Positions 51,514-64,000 of a DNA stretch of 64,000 bases are shown here, piece by piece. This DNA comes from the human T2T-CHM13v2.0 reference genome, Homo sapiens, in the NCBI RefSeq assembly GCF_009914755.1, contig NC_060927.1. One strand, 5' to 3'. Positions within the stretch are counted from its first letter, which is position 1. Every line of letters starts with the position of its first letter. The notes under the pieces are model-generated. The model had not been told where the DNA came from and did not search any database. It saw nothing but the letters and a program-made list of their open reading frames with translations. A program made the translations under genes and the position numbers.

Positions 51514-54500
51514 AAAGATGGAGAAAAATCTACCAAGAATATGGAAAACAGAAAAAATCAGGGGTTGCAGTCTTAGTTTCTGACAAAACAGACTTTAAAT
51601 CAGCAAAGATCATAAAAGGCAAAGAAGGGCATTATGTAATCATAAATTATTCAATTCAACAAGATCTAACCACCAAATATATATGCACCCAAACATGAGC
51701 ACCCAGATTCATATAGCAGGTCCATATAGACCTTCAAAAGACTTAGACTCCCACACAATAGTAATGGGAGACTGTAATATGCCATTGACAATATTAGACA
51801 GATCACTGAGACAGAAAATTAACAAAGATATTCAGGACCTTAACTCAGCACTGGATCAAATAGATCTCATAGATATCTACAGAACTCTCCACCCACAAAC
51901 AACAGAATATACATTCTCATCACCACATGGCACTACTCTAAAATAGATCACATAATCAAAAGTAAAACACTCTTCAGGAAATACGAAAGAATTGAAATCA
52001 TAACAAACAGCCTTTTGGAACACCGAACAATGAAATTAGAATTCTAGACTAAAAGATTCACTCGAAACCCTAAAATTACATGGAAATTGAATAACGTGCT
52101 CCTGAATGACTTTTGGATAAATAAGGAAATTAAGGCAGAAATCAAGAAATTATTTGAAACTAATGAGAGAAAAGATTCAACTTACCAGAGTGTCTGGGAT
52201 ACGGCTAAGTCAGTGTTAAAAGGAAAATTTATAGCACTAAATGGCCACATTAAAAAGTTAGAAAGATCTCAAGTTAACAACCTAACATCACAACTAAAAG
52301 AACTAGAAAACCAAGAGCAAACAAACCCCAAAGTTGGCAGAAGAACAAGAAATAACCAAAATCAGAGCTGAATTAAAGGAGATAGAAACACACACAAAAT
52401 TCAAAAGAGCAACGAATCCAGAGGCTGGTTTTTTGAAAAAAATTAATAAAATAGACCACTAGATAGACTAATAAAGAAGAAAAGAGAGAGGATTCAAATA
52501 AACACAATCAGAAACAACAAGGGGGATATTACCACTGACTCCACAGAAATGCAAACAACCATCAGAGAATATTATGATTACTTATATGTGCATAAACTAG
52601 AAAATCTGAAGGAAATAAATGAATGCCTGAACACATACACCATCTCAAGACTGAACCAGAAAGAAATTGAATCCCTGAACAAACCAATAATGAGTTCTGA
52701 AATTGAGGCAGTAATGAATTGCCTACCAACAACAACAACAAAAGGCCAGGACCACAGATTCACAGATGAATACTACCAGATGTACAAATAAGAAGAGCTG
52801 GAGCCATTTCTACTGAAACCATTCCAAAACATTTAAGGATAAGGCACTCCTTCCTAACTCATTCTATAAGGCCAGCATCATCCTGATACCAAAACCTGGC
52901 AGAGATACAACAAAGAAAAAAAATTAGGCCAATATCCTTGATGAATATCAAAGCAAATATTCTCAACAAAATACTGGTAAACTGAATCAAGCAGCACATC
53001 AAAAAGCTTATCTACCACAGTCAAGTAGGCTCTATTTCTGGGATGCAAGATTCATTCAATATACCCAAATTAATAAATGTGATTCATCACATAAACAAAA
53101 CTAAAGACAAAAAACACATGATTATCTCAATAGATGCAGAAAAATTCAATATCTATTCATGTTAAAAACTCTTAATAAACTAGATTTTGCAGGAACATAC
53201 CTCAAAATAATAAGAAACATCTATGACAAACCCACTGCCAGCATTATACTGAATTGGCAAAAGCTAGAAGCATTCCCCTTGAAAACTGGTGCAGGAGAAG
53301 GATACACTCTCTTACCCTTCCTATTTAACATAGCATTGAAAATCCTGGCCAGGGCAATCAGGCAAGAAAAAAGAATAAAAGGCAACCAAATAGAAAGATA
53401 GGAAGTCAAACTACCTCTGTTTGCAGATGACATTATCCTATATCTAGAAAACCCCATATCTCAGCCCAAAACCTTCTTAAGCTAATAACCAACATCAGCA
53501 AAGTCTCAGGATAAAAAATCAGTGTGCAAAAATGACTAGAATTCCTATAGACCAACAACACGCAAGCCGGGAGCCAAATTAGGAATTTACTCTCATTCAT
53601 ATTTGCCACAAAAAGAATAAAATACCTAGGAATACAGCTAACTAGGGAGGTGAAAGATCTCCATGAGGAGAACTATAAAATACTGCTAAAAGAAATAAGA
53701 AATGAAACAAACAAATGGAAAAACATTCCATGCTCATGGATAAGACAAATCAATATTGTAAAAATGTCCATACTGCCCAAAGCACTTTATAGATTCAATG
53801 TTATTCCTATTAAACTACCATTGAGATTCTTCACAGAACTAGAAAAATCTATTTCATAATTTATTTGCAATCAAAAACGAGCCCTAATAGCCAAGGAAAT
53901 CCTAAGAAAAAAGAACAATGCTGGAGGCATCATGCTACCTAACTTCAAACTATTTTACAAGGCTACAGTAACCAAAACCACATGGTACTGGTACACAAAC
54001 GGACACATACACCAATGGAACAGAAGAGAGAACCCAAAAATAAGACTGCACACATACAACTATCTGATCTTCAAGAAACCTGACAAAAACAAAAAATGGG
54101 GAAAGGATTCCCTTATTCAATAAATGGTGCTAGGATCACTGGCTAGCCATATGCAGAAGATTAAAACTGAACCCCTTCCTAACACCATACACAAAAATCA
54201 ACTCAAGATGAATTAAAAGACTTAAATGTAAAACTCAAAACTATAAAAACTCCAAAAGACAACCTAGGCAATATCATTCAGGACATAGGAGCAGGCAAAG
54301 ATTTCATGAGGGAGAAGCCAAAAGCAATTGTAATGAAAGCAAAAATAGACAATTGGAATCCAATTAAACTAAAGAGCTTCTGCACAGAAAAAAAAAAAAT
54401 CAACAGAGTAAACAGACCACAGAATGAGAGAAACTTTTTGCAAACCATGCATCCAACAAGGTTTAATATCCAGGATCTATAAGAAACGTAAACAAATTTA

Positions 54501-54696
54501 CAAGAAAAAAACCACTCTTTTAAAAAGTGGGCAAAGGACATGAACAGACACTTTACAATAGAAGACATGCATGCAGTTGATAATCATAGGAAAAAAAGCT
54601 CAACATCACTGATCATTAGAAAAATGCAAATCAAAACCACACTGAGATACCATCACACACCAGTCAGAATGGCTATTACTAAAAAGTCAAAAAATG

Positions 54697-55083
<387 letters not shown>

Positions 55084-56483
55084 TCAACCATTGTGGAAGA
55101 CAGTGCAGCAGTTCCTCAAAGTCCTAAAGACAGAATAATGCTCAACCCGGCAATCCCATTAATGGGTGTATACCCAAAGGAATATAAATCATTCTATTAT
55201 AAAGACACATGCATGTTTGTGTTCATTGAAGCACCATTCACAATAGCAAAGATATCAACTCAAATGCCCATCAATGATAGACTGGATAAAGAAAATGTGG
55301 TACATAACACCGTGGACTACTAAAACAGAATGAGATCATGTCCTTTGCAGGAACATGGATGGAGCTAGAGACCATTATCTGTAGGAAACTAATGCAGGAA
55401 CAGAAAACTAAATACTGCATGTCCTCACTTACAAGTAGAAGCTAAATAATGAGAACACATGGACACGCAGAGGGGAAGAACATACACTGGGGCCTATTGG
55501 AGGGTGGAGGATGGGAGGAAGGAGAGGATCAGGAAAAATAACTAATGGGTACTAGGCTTAATCCTGAGTGATGAAGTAATCTATACAAGAAGCCCCCATA
55601 GCACAAGTTTACTTATGTAACATACCTGCACACGTTTCCTGAACTTTACTTAAAAGTTTTTTTTTTTTAATATTTCTTCACTGATCTCTATAGGAAAGAA
55701 TCAATCTCTGTCTTCAGAAGATTTTCAGGGAAAAATCCAGGAAGCTTCTCATTTACAGCAATAATTAAATGGCAAACATGATAGTGCTAATTACTGGCAT
55801 AGCAATAGGTATTTGGAAATGGGGGAGAGTCCTAGGAATGAGGGATATTGTTAATGCTTAATATCAAAGATGGAGCTTGAGCAGGGAAATGAGGCATGAA
55901 TAAAACTGGAATAGGCAAAGGGATGAAAAGAGTGGAAGTGGTGAGGAAGGGAGGGAAGACAGTAGCTGCCTGAAATAGAGAAACTGGCCTAAACAAACAG
56001 ATTAGCTGGGATCAGGTTATGGTGGAAACCCCACATAGTGCAATCAAGCACGTGTGTCCCTCCCTATTTTCTGATTGGTGTCTGCCTTTCTGGATCTGGG
56101 TATAGGTTTAGTTTTCACCTCTCTGTATTTGATCTTGATTTGGTAAACTAGAGGTGTATTTCCTCTGTTCCTAATTTTAATTTTAATTTTTATTTGCTTT
56201 GCTCACTTCATCCAAGGTCCTGGGATCTTGGTGCTAAACCAGACCTAGTTTTTGTTTCGTGTCTCTCCTTCATTCAACTTGCTGCTTTCTTCGGTTGATT
56301 TATAAATGTGTATCATGCCCTGATCTTTAATGATGTAGCAGAAGGCGTAAACTGAAAATAATGATTTTACTTTCAGTTACTAAATATTTCTTGTACTTGA
56401 CTATTTATTTTCTCCAATATATATGGCCTCCCAATAACCTGCTTTTATTTCTGTTTATTGCAAATGTTCAAAAGAAAGATAAT

Positions 56484-56990
56484 AAATGGATAAAGTATAG
56501 TATATATAAACAGTGGAATACTAGTTAGCCTTAAAAAAGAAGGAAATTCTGTCATTTGCAACAACATGAATGAACCTGAAGGACATTTTGTTAAGTGAAA
56601 TAAGCCAGGTACAGAAAGAAAATAACTGCATGATCCAACTTATGTATGGAATCTAAAAATGTCCAACTCATGAAGCAGAGTTAGAATGTTTTTATCAGGG
56701 ACGGGAGAAGGAGGGGTGATTGGAGAATTGTTGGTCAAAGGATAGTTAGGCAAGCTGAATATGTTCAAGAGATCTAATGTACACCATGGTAATTATAGTT
56801 AATAACAAATATATACTTGAAAATTGCTAAGAGAGTAGTTTTTAAGTTCACATAGCACATACAAAAATCTTAAGTAGGTGAGGTATGTTAATTAGCTTGA
56901 TTTAGCCATTCCACAATGTATACATGTTTCAAAACATCTTGCTGTATACCAGAAATACATGATTTTTACTTGTAAACTAAAAAAAGAAGA
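56484..56990 (+). mobile_element. L1MA (MA5-7-like) 3' end
   Basis: gaaattctgtcatttgcaacaacatgaatgaacctg...ttcaagagatcta...gaaaattgctaagagagtag...ttaattagcttgatttagccattccacaatg; TSD aaagataat on both sides. Confidence 0.88.
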
Positions 56991-57104
56991 AAATAAAGAT
57001 AATAGGAAACTACCTACGTTGTTTGTCGAGGCTTCTAGAACTTTTAGTTATCAGAAGACAGCAACAAATTGAATCATCTTCCAAATGATGACTTTGATAT
57101 AGTC

Positions 57105-57490
57105 AGTCAGTTGATAAATATGTGTCATGCTTGTTTCTAGGTTTTGATTATATAGAAACAAACATTTTTTTTTTGAGGGAGCTTGCATGTTAGTGTCAGA
57201 AAGAAGAAAACACAGATACAAAAATAATTAGATAATTTAATTTCATATGCATATTGAGTTTGAATAGTGAAAAGAGAGAGTGCTACTTTCGCTAAGACGT
57301 TTAGTAAAAGTATCTTTGAGGAAGTGATGAAAATGGTTTATGACATTTCAGTTGAGACAAGGCAGATGAAAAGAATCAGTCATACAAATAACTGGAGAAA
57401 GAATATAAGCAGGTACAGCAAATGTAAAGACCCTTAGGTAGGAATAAGCTATTGTGCTCAAGGAACAGAATTAAGGCCATCATGTTTTGA
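57105..57490 (-). mobile_element. L2 relic
   Basis: gagggagcttgcatgttagtg...tctttgaggaagtga...cagcaaatgtaaagacccttaggtaggaataagc...caaggaacagaattaaggcca. Confidence 0.55.
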
Positions 57491-57999
57491 ATATTGGGGG
57501 GACCAAGATAAAAACAAGCTTTGAATAAAGGGGAAATAAAGATAAAAATGAAAAATGCATATGTTTATATTTTAGACTTCTATATAAGTAGGCATTTTTC
57601 CAATACACCATATTTGGTCCAGTTTGTATAACACATTTTGATGTGTTGTGGTATTCCTACTTAATTTGGGGCTTATTTTTGTAAGTTAACTGACGGTAAG
57701 ATTTTGAAAGAGTAACTCAATCAATTTCTAATCCTGTGGCAGGATTTTGTCTTGCAGCTAATTCATCACTTATCAAAAATCAAAGTAAATTTTTCTTCCT
57801 TTTTAATATTTAAAATGTGATAAAACTTCTCTTCATTACTACATTTTCCAGCAGGCTCAAAGTTTATGATGTTATATATAGGCAATGCTAAATGAAGAAA
57901 ATGCTAATAAAATTTAACCACTGGTTCATTTTATATGAGTACAAAATGGATGTGAGCTTGGCTTCATCTTCATCAGGGTTTGATGAATATTGCACCTTT

Positions 58000-58200
58000 T
58001 AGATGTGAGTTTGAATCCTAGAAGTTTTCCTTATTAGTGATGTCAAACAAAACAATAAATCTCCCAGTCTCATTTCTCTTATCTGTAAAATGGAGGTTCA
58101 TTTTATGAAAGTTTTATGAAGATTAAATGAAGAGATAGAGTATACGAAGCACCTAACTTGGTGCTTAGCCCATCTCGTATTGCCTAGTAAATGCTTGAGT
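58000..58200 (+). mobile_element. MIR
   Basis: gagtttgaatcctag...ctcatttctcttatctgtaaaatggagg...tgaagattaaatgaag...gaagcaccta. Confidence 0.65.
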
Positions 58201-59774
58201 TTGTGAATATGAATGTGGGTGCGGTACTCACCCCTCATAATTTTTTAATGTTCTTTGCCTCCTAAAGTTCAAGAGCTCATTTAACACAGAATAATTTGTC
58301 TCTGAACAAACATTGTGTTGAACAACACCAAAGGATATATAAATATTTGGATCAGAAACAGTTGTGGGGAAAACCTCTTTGCTGGCTGATTAAGTTACAC
58401 CTGTTGGTGTCCTTTCCTACTGTTTCATAGTGACTTAGCCAGCCGCTCTCTGGAAGAAGAGGCTTGGCTACTTGATAGAAAGCTTAGTTTTCTTCCAGGG
58501 CACTTAAGGAAGTTCCTTCTACTCAGGGTTCACATTTGCAAATACTCTCTGAAATGCCTTTTCCCTGGTCCCATGAACTGTAGAAAATATTCAGGGCCTC
58601 AGTGGTGAAATCCTCATCTGACTTCTCTTTACCTTGTCTGTTCTGTGTTTCAGAATCTTCATTCAGCAACCATTTTTTGCTCTCCACAGGCTTCCATGTA
58701 CTTGACTGTGAAGAACATAATTGGTTTCTTAAACTGACCCTTGACGAACAAAGATACTTACTAGCTTTCTTCCCACTAGACAACCTGCATTCCAGGGACC
58801 TTTACTCCTGCTGGTAGGAGAAAAAAACTAGTGAAACCTAAACTCTGCTGATTGTTTTCAACTAATTTTTACTTTTGGATATAGCACGGTACAATGAATT
58901 CCTTTTCTATTGGCAAAATAAGTAGGAAAATTTGCTGAAATTAAAGGGAAACCAGAGAAGACTGAAGAGAGTTGTGATGTAATTCCCAAATCACAAAAAG
59001 AGACTATTTTTAAAGGATTTGTTTTAAATTAATCTTACAAGGTCTACACTTTGAATTAAGTAACTTCAAATATACAACATTGTTTTCAGCTAAAAATATT
59101 ATAAATTATTTCTCTGTATTTCCTGTGTTCCAAGCAAAGAAAGAAGAGTGGGAAGTGTTTTGATTCATATCAGCATCATCAAAGTATTTATTAAACACTC
59201 GATCTCAAATGGTGTCTCACTTGCTTTAACAAATGATGTAAGCTATCTCAGCCTTTTAAATATTTATCACTGAAGCAAACTTCTTGCCATTTTTGGGATG
59301 CCCTTGGTAGTGTCTCTTTTTCTCCTGCCCTTGCCTTAACTTTGTTTTTCTCCTGTCTCTCACTCCAAGTGTTTTAGATGGGGAAATGTGATGTATTAAA
59401 ACAACAGATATAGTAAAACATAGTAAGTGACTTGATAGAGGCATATATAAAGTGCTGTGAGAACTTAGGGGAAAGAATAACTAGGCTTCTTTCTCTAGAG
59501 CTCAGAGAAGTGTTGAAGGTAAGATTGAGCCTTAAAGTGTGTGGAGAGGTCTGCGAGGTAGACAGGGGAGATGGGAATGCTAAGAGGTAATGTTGGATGA
59601 AGATCAAAATGTCTCAAAAATAGGCATTTGGAAAGCTGTCAGTAGTTCATTGTGACTTTGAAAATTTAATTATCCAAATATACTAATGATCTTTCTGAAA
59701 ATTCTCCCTAATCTGCACATCTCTTGCTCAGTCAGGGAGTTGCCACAGATGCATGAGTCCTTCATCCTCTAAGT

Positions 59775-60759
59775 CAGCAGCCCCCAGCATTTTTGGCACC
59801 ATGGGCCAGTTTCATGAAAGACAATTTTTCCACAGACTTTGTGGAAGGGGATGGTTTCAGGATTAAACTGTTTCACCTCAGATCAGATCATTAGGCATTA
59901 GATTCTCATAAGCAGAGTGCAACCTAGATCTCATGCAGGCACAGTTCACAATAGGGTTCGTACTCCTGATAGCAACAGGAGACAGACAAATTCCTAGGCA
60001 GACAGGGACAGGTCCCCAGTGAAACTCAACCTTCAAACCAAGGACAGCTTAAAGCCTGAAAACCAAGCTGCCAGTTCCAGATAGAGTCCATGACTGGAGT
60101 GAGAACTTCTATTTTTATCTTACCCACTCTCTCTCAATTGGTTCCTCCTGAATGATGCCTTTTAACCAATCGAATGGTGCTTTTTCCAAGACCACCCGTG
60201 GGCCAATCAGCACACACTCCCCAATTCTAAACCCATAAAACCCCCAGACTCAGACTTATAGACAGCAGCCCGCTTTCAGGGTTCCCTCTCACAGCTGAGA
60301 GCTTTCCTTCTGTCACTCAATAAAATTATTCTCTGCCTTACTCTCCAATATCTGCATACTTTATTCCTCTTAGTCACAGGACAAGAAACTGGAACTCACT
60401 GAGCTGAGGGTGGTGGGAGTAAAAGAGCCATAATCCTCCCTCCCACTCACTGAACTGCAGGAGTGAAAGAGCTATGATGCTCTTGGCTGGTTTGCTGAGC
60501 CACAGGTGGTGGGAGTAAAAGAGCTGTTAACCCTCCCTCCCACTGTCCGAACAACAGGAGAGAAGCTATTGGGTGCCACTCCCTCCCACTTGCTGAACTA
60601 CTGGAGCAAAAAAGCCACAACACTCCTATGAGAATCTAATACTGCTGCTAATCTGACATGAGGGGTAGCTCAGGTGGTAATGCTCATTCAAGTGCCACTC
60701 ATCTCCTGTCGTGCAACCCAGTTCCTGAGAGGCCATAGACTGGCAGTTGGGAACCCCTG
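59775..60759 (+). mobile_element. MER1B (hAT-Charlie) DNA transposon, split by an ERV1 LTR
   Basis: cagcagcccccagcatttttggcacca...gacaatttttccacagac...gcattagattctcataag...cctatgagaatctaat...gttgggaacccctg; perfect 8-bp TSD ctctaagt at 59767-59774 and 60760-60767. Confidence 0.9.
59967..60622 (+). mobile_element. ERV1 solo LTR (LTR27/LTR28-like)
   Basis: tgatagcaacaggagacagacaaattcctaggcagacagggacaggtcccc...; CCAAT boxes (aaccaatc, ggccaatc), cataaaa TATA-like box, caataaaa polyA signal; ends gccacaaca; 4-bp TSD ctcc at 59963-59966 and 60623-60626. Confidence 0.85.
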
Positions 60760-62365
60760 CTCTAAGTGACCTGCCTTGTATGTAGGTTGTACCTCCTGTC
60801 TCTCTGTTAGTCTGGTGAAATTAAGGGAGATCAGAAGTTGAGTACAAATGTACCAAAGTATTTTTAAACTTTCCAGGTTGATTATATATTGGATGAGAAA
60901 TCCTCTTTCATTTATGGCTAGATGGAAACTTTATGTGTAAATGTGTGAGTTTCTTACATTTTTCAGCACAACTCATCTTCTCTGGAGAAAGAAAGAGCAT
61001 ATAATTTGAGAGCTCAATGTAGAAAGAAGAGTCATCTACTTCAGGTTTATTAGCCTGTAATCATCCAGTTGCCTGAAGTGCTTGTGAAACTCTTAGATTA
61101 CTCCTAAGGCTCAACCTCGGATGATCCTTATCTCCCTGAAAAATTCACAAAAATTATCTGACACCTTCCAGCCCTCTTTTTAGAAATGAGTCTATAGTCA
61201 TCTCCAAATAAGTAAATCATTTCTCTTAAGTTCACAGATTCAATGGATGGTAGAGCCCAACATGACAGAAAATTACTACATTTATTATTATAGCAATTTC
61301 TCTAACAGTTGATAAAATGTAAGACTAAGACAATGAATCTTAACTATCTCCAAAGAATATTAGCAAAACCAGAAAGTTACGCTTCATTAGAATGTCACAA
61401 TGAAGAATTTGTCACTCAGAAATACCAGTGGGTGCTCTGGAAGGCAGTTAGCTTTCCTTTCTCCATGTCTTCACTTTTCTGCCATCCTAGCCTGTCATAT
61501 TTTTAAGTGGAATTAGATCAGTTTCCAGATCCTTGTTTGATGGAATTTCTGTTTTTACTCTTCAATAAATCCTGTAGCACCTGAAAACCAAGTCTCCCAG
61601 CTCAATTGTAATGTAAAATAAAATGAGATATCTGCAAGTATAAATAAAATACTTAAACTGCTACCTTTTGTTCAGAATTCATGCACATAAGTGGTCATTA
61701 CCAATTACTATTCATCTTTCTATTGGTACCTTTTCCTCTGTTCATTATCACCATCATTTTCTCTACTTACTGCTCTGTCTCTCTATCTATTGCTCCACCT
61801 ATCACCCATCAAAGTGTTTTTTCATTATACAGTCATGCACTCATTGTCTTCTGTCATCTTCAAATATTTAATTGTGTTCTGCACTAAACAATCTTTTCGA
61901 ATACAGAAAATAATAATTGGTAATCACTATTACAATAAAATAAAAATATAATACATAATAGAAATAAAAATGAAAATAGAATAAAAGGTAATCACTGTCT
62001 TCTTGACATAAAAGTCTCTGTGTTGAATTAAAAATCCTTTTATATAATATATTTTATTTTTTAAAATTTAAAATGACAAAAGACCGTTGAAGAAATATCA
62101 GAGATATATAAAGAGGTATACTAAATACCAATTACTCATCATCTTACCACCTTGAAATAAGCATTGTTGTGATTTTTTGTAATTCTCTAAAATATTTTTT
62201 TTTCCTGTGGATAAGCTAAGAGTATGTTTTGGAGACCTTCCATATTAAAAGCTGTGAGACGATTCTTAAATTTTGTTGAGTGATTGTTAAAATATAGATT
62301 CCTGGGCAGCTTCCTCCTTGTATTACTGTATTACTATCTCTGAGTTGATTATCATGTATATGAAA

Positions 62366-62423
62366 GAATCACTAGTACAATTATACTGATGATTTGAGAA
62401 TCACTAATACAATTATATTGATG
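62366..62423. repeat. Local tandem duplication, period 32 bp
   Basis: gaatcactagtacaattatactgatg / gaatcactaatacaattatattgatg. Confidence 0.85.
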
Positions 62424-62463
62424 TTTCACCTCATTCATATTATATGTATTTTTTCTGTCCTAG

Positions 62464-62803
<340 letters not shown>

Positions 62804-64000
62804 TATACGTGTTTTTAATCAAAGTGTAACAGAAAGCACCATAAAAATAGTGCTTTTCCATTGCTAATGCTTGCTCCAAATCTCTATAAAACATTTGTTA
62901 AAACCACACATATTACACTAGACTTCTGTATCCTGCTGTAAAAATCACAGCCACATCTGCCCTGTAACAACCCGGAACGATGAGAGAGCCTTGTAAGCTC
63001 TCCTACACCTTCTCTTCAAAGGGAAGTACTTTGTCCTGGAGCTTTGCCTCAAAGCATATTGCAGTCCAACTTGGAAACAGATGAGATAATGCAAACGACA
63101 GATGATAACTATCAACAGGCTTCATAAGAAATGAAATATTTAAGGGAAATGTGATATTTGTTGACTGTTTGAAAATTTCCTCAGTTCACACTAATGACAT
63201 GACTTTCTGGAAACCATTCTTTCCTCTCAAAGTAAAGCAGACAATACTTTCCTGTGTCTGATGCAGTATTTTGTGGAAAGCTGGAGGAATAGTAAAATCA
63301 GCTGACTGCTTCTATTTGGTAACAGATAGTTCACTTTTTCTTTTGGCAGAAAAAGCAGAACCAAATGTTTATTTGGGTGCCATTCATATATAGCTGTCTT
63401 TCTGTCTTCGTGTACCAGTATTACACAGGATTTCAAAGAATTGCTTTTCTGTCTCTGAGCAACGAAACGACTAATTTTAAGAAAAGGGAAAAAAACCTGT
63501 TTGTACCCAAGTAGATCAGTGTAGAATTTTATTGTAGCAATGTGTAAACCTCATACCAATTATTGAGCTAGCAGCTTCAGATATTTTTTCAAATTACAGT
63601 GTGAATACTGAGTCTAATCTCCTGATTAAGTTGTTTACTTACATTTGTCTACTTATTGATTGTTTTTCTCCACCATTAGAATATCCTCATTTTATCCCCA
63701 ATACCTAGTTTGTCTGCCACATGGTAGATGCATAGAATACACCCTAGGCCCAATCTTCCAGGAGTCACACAGAAGAATTGTTACAGCAGCAGTGGTTGGT
63801 TCTATGCTCCTTCTGAAGGCAACCCCCATTGCTCCATTTACTTTCCTATCAACTAAACTCTATAGTCAAAAGCATATTATGTAAGGCCCTCCAGAGATCA
63901 GACTCAAACGCCCTTATCTTGACTTATCTCTCACGATTTTCATACGTATAGTTTCCCACTTCTGGGCCTTTGCATTTTCATTTTCCTAATTTGAGTGCTC

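Overview
AT-rich, repeat-dense primate (hominoid-like) genomic DNA, either intergenic or deep intronic. The lineage call rests on AluY, AluSp and AluJ copies, an L1PA2/3-type 3' end, an HERV-H LTR7 solo LTR and THE1/MST LTRs. I see no protein-coding exon, structural RNA gene or prokaryote-type system. Every long ORF is a decayed LINE-1 ORF1/ORF2 fragment, an antisense reading of a repeat, or a microsatellite artefact. The main elements are two full-length, co-oriented old L1s (about 24.4-30.9 kb and 48.6-55.7 kb), a TSD-bounded L1MA with a multi-kb internal deletion (8.96-11.74 kb), several solo LTRs, hAT/mariner DNA-transposon relics, MIR/L2 relics and many nested insertions with readable target-site duplications (TSDs). 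The most notable signals are a ~410-bp TSD-flanked, polyadenylated retrocopy of an unidentified transcript (46279-46691, minus strand), the internally deleted L1, an LTR7 solo LTR, and young Alu/L1 insertions. Subfamily names come from my recall of consensus motifs and need RepeatMasker/Dfam confirmation. I found no evidence of a novel multi-gene system.
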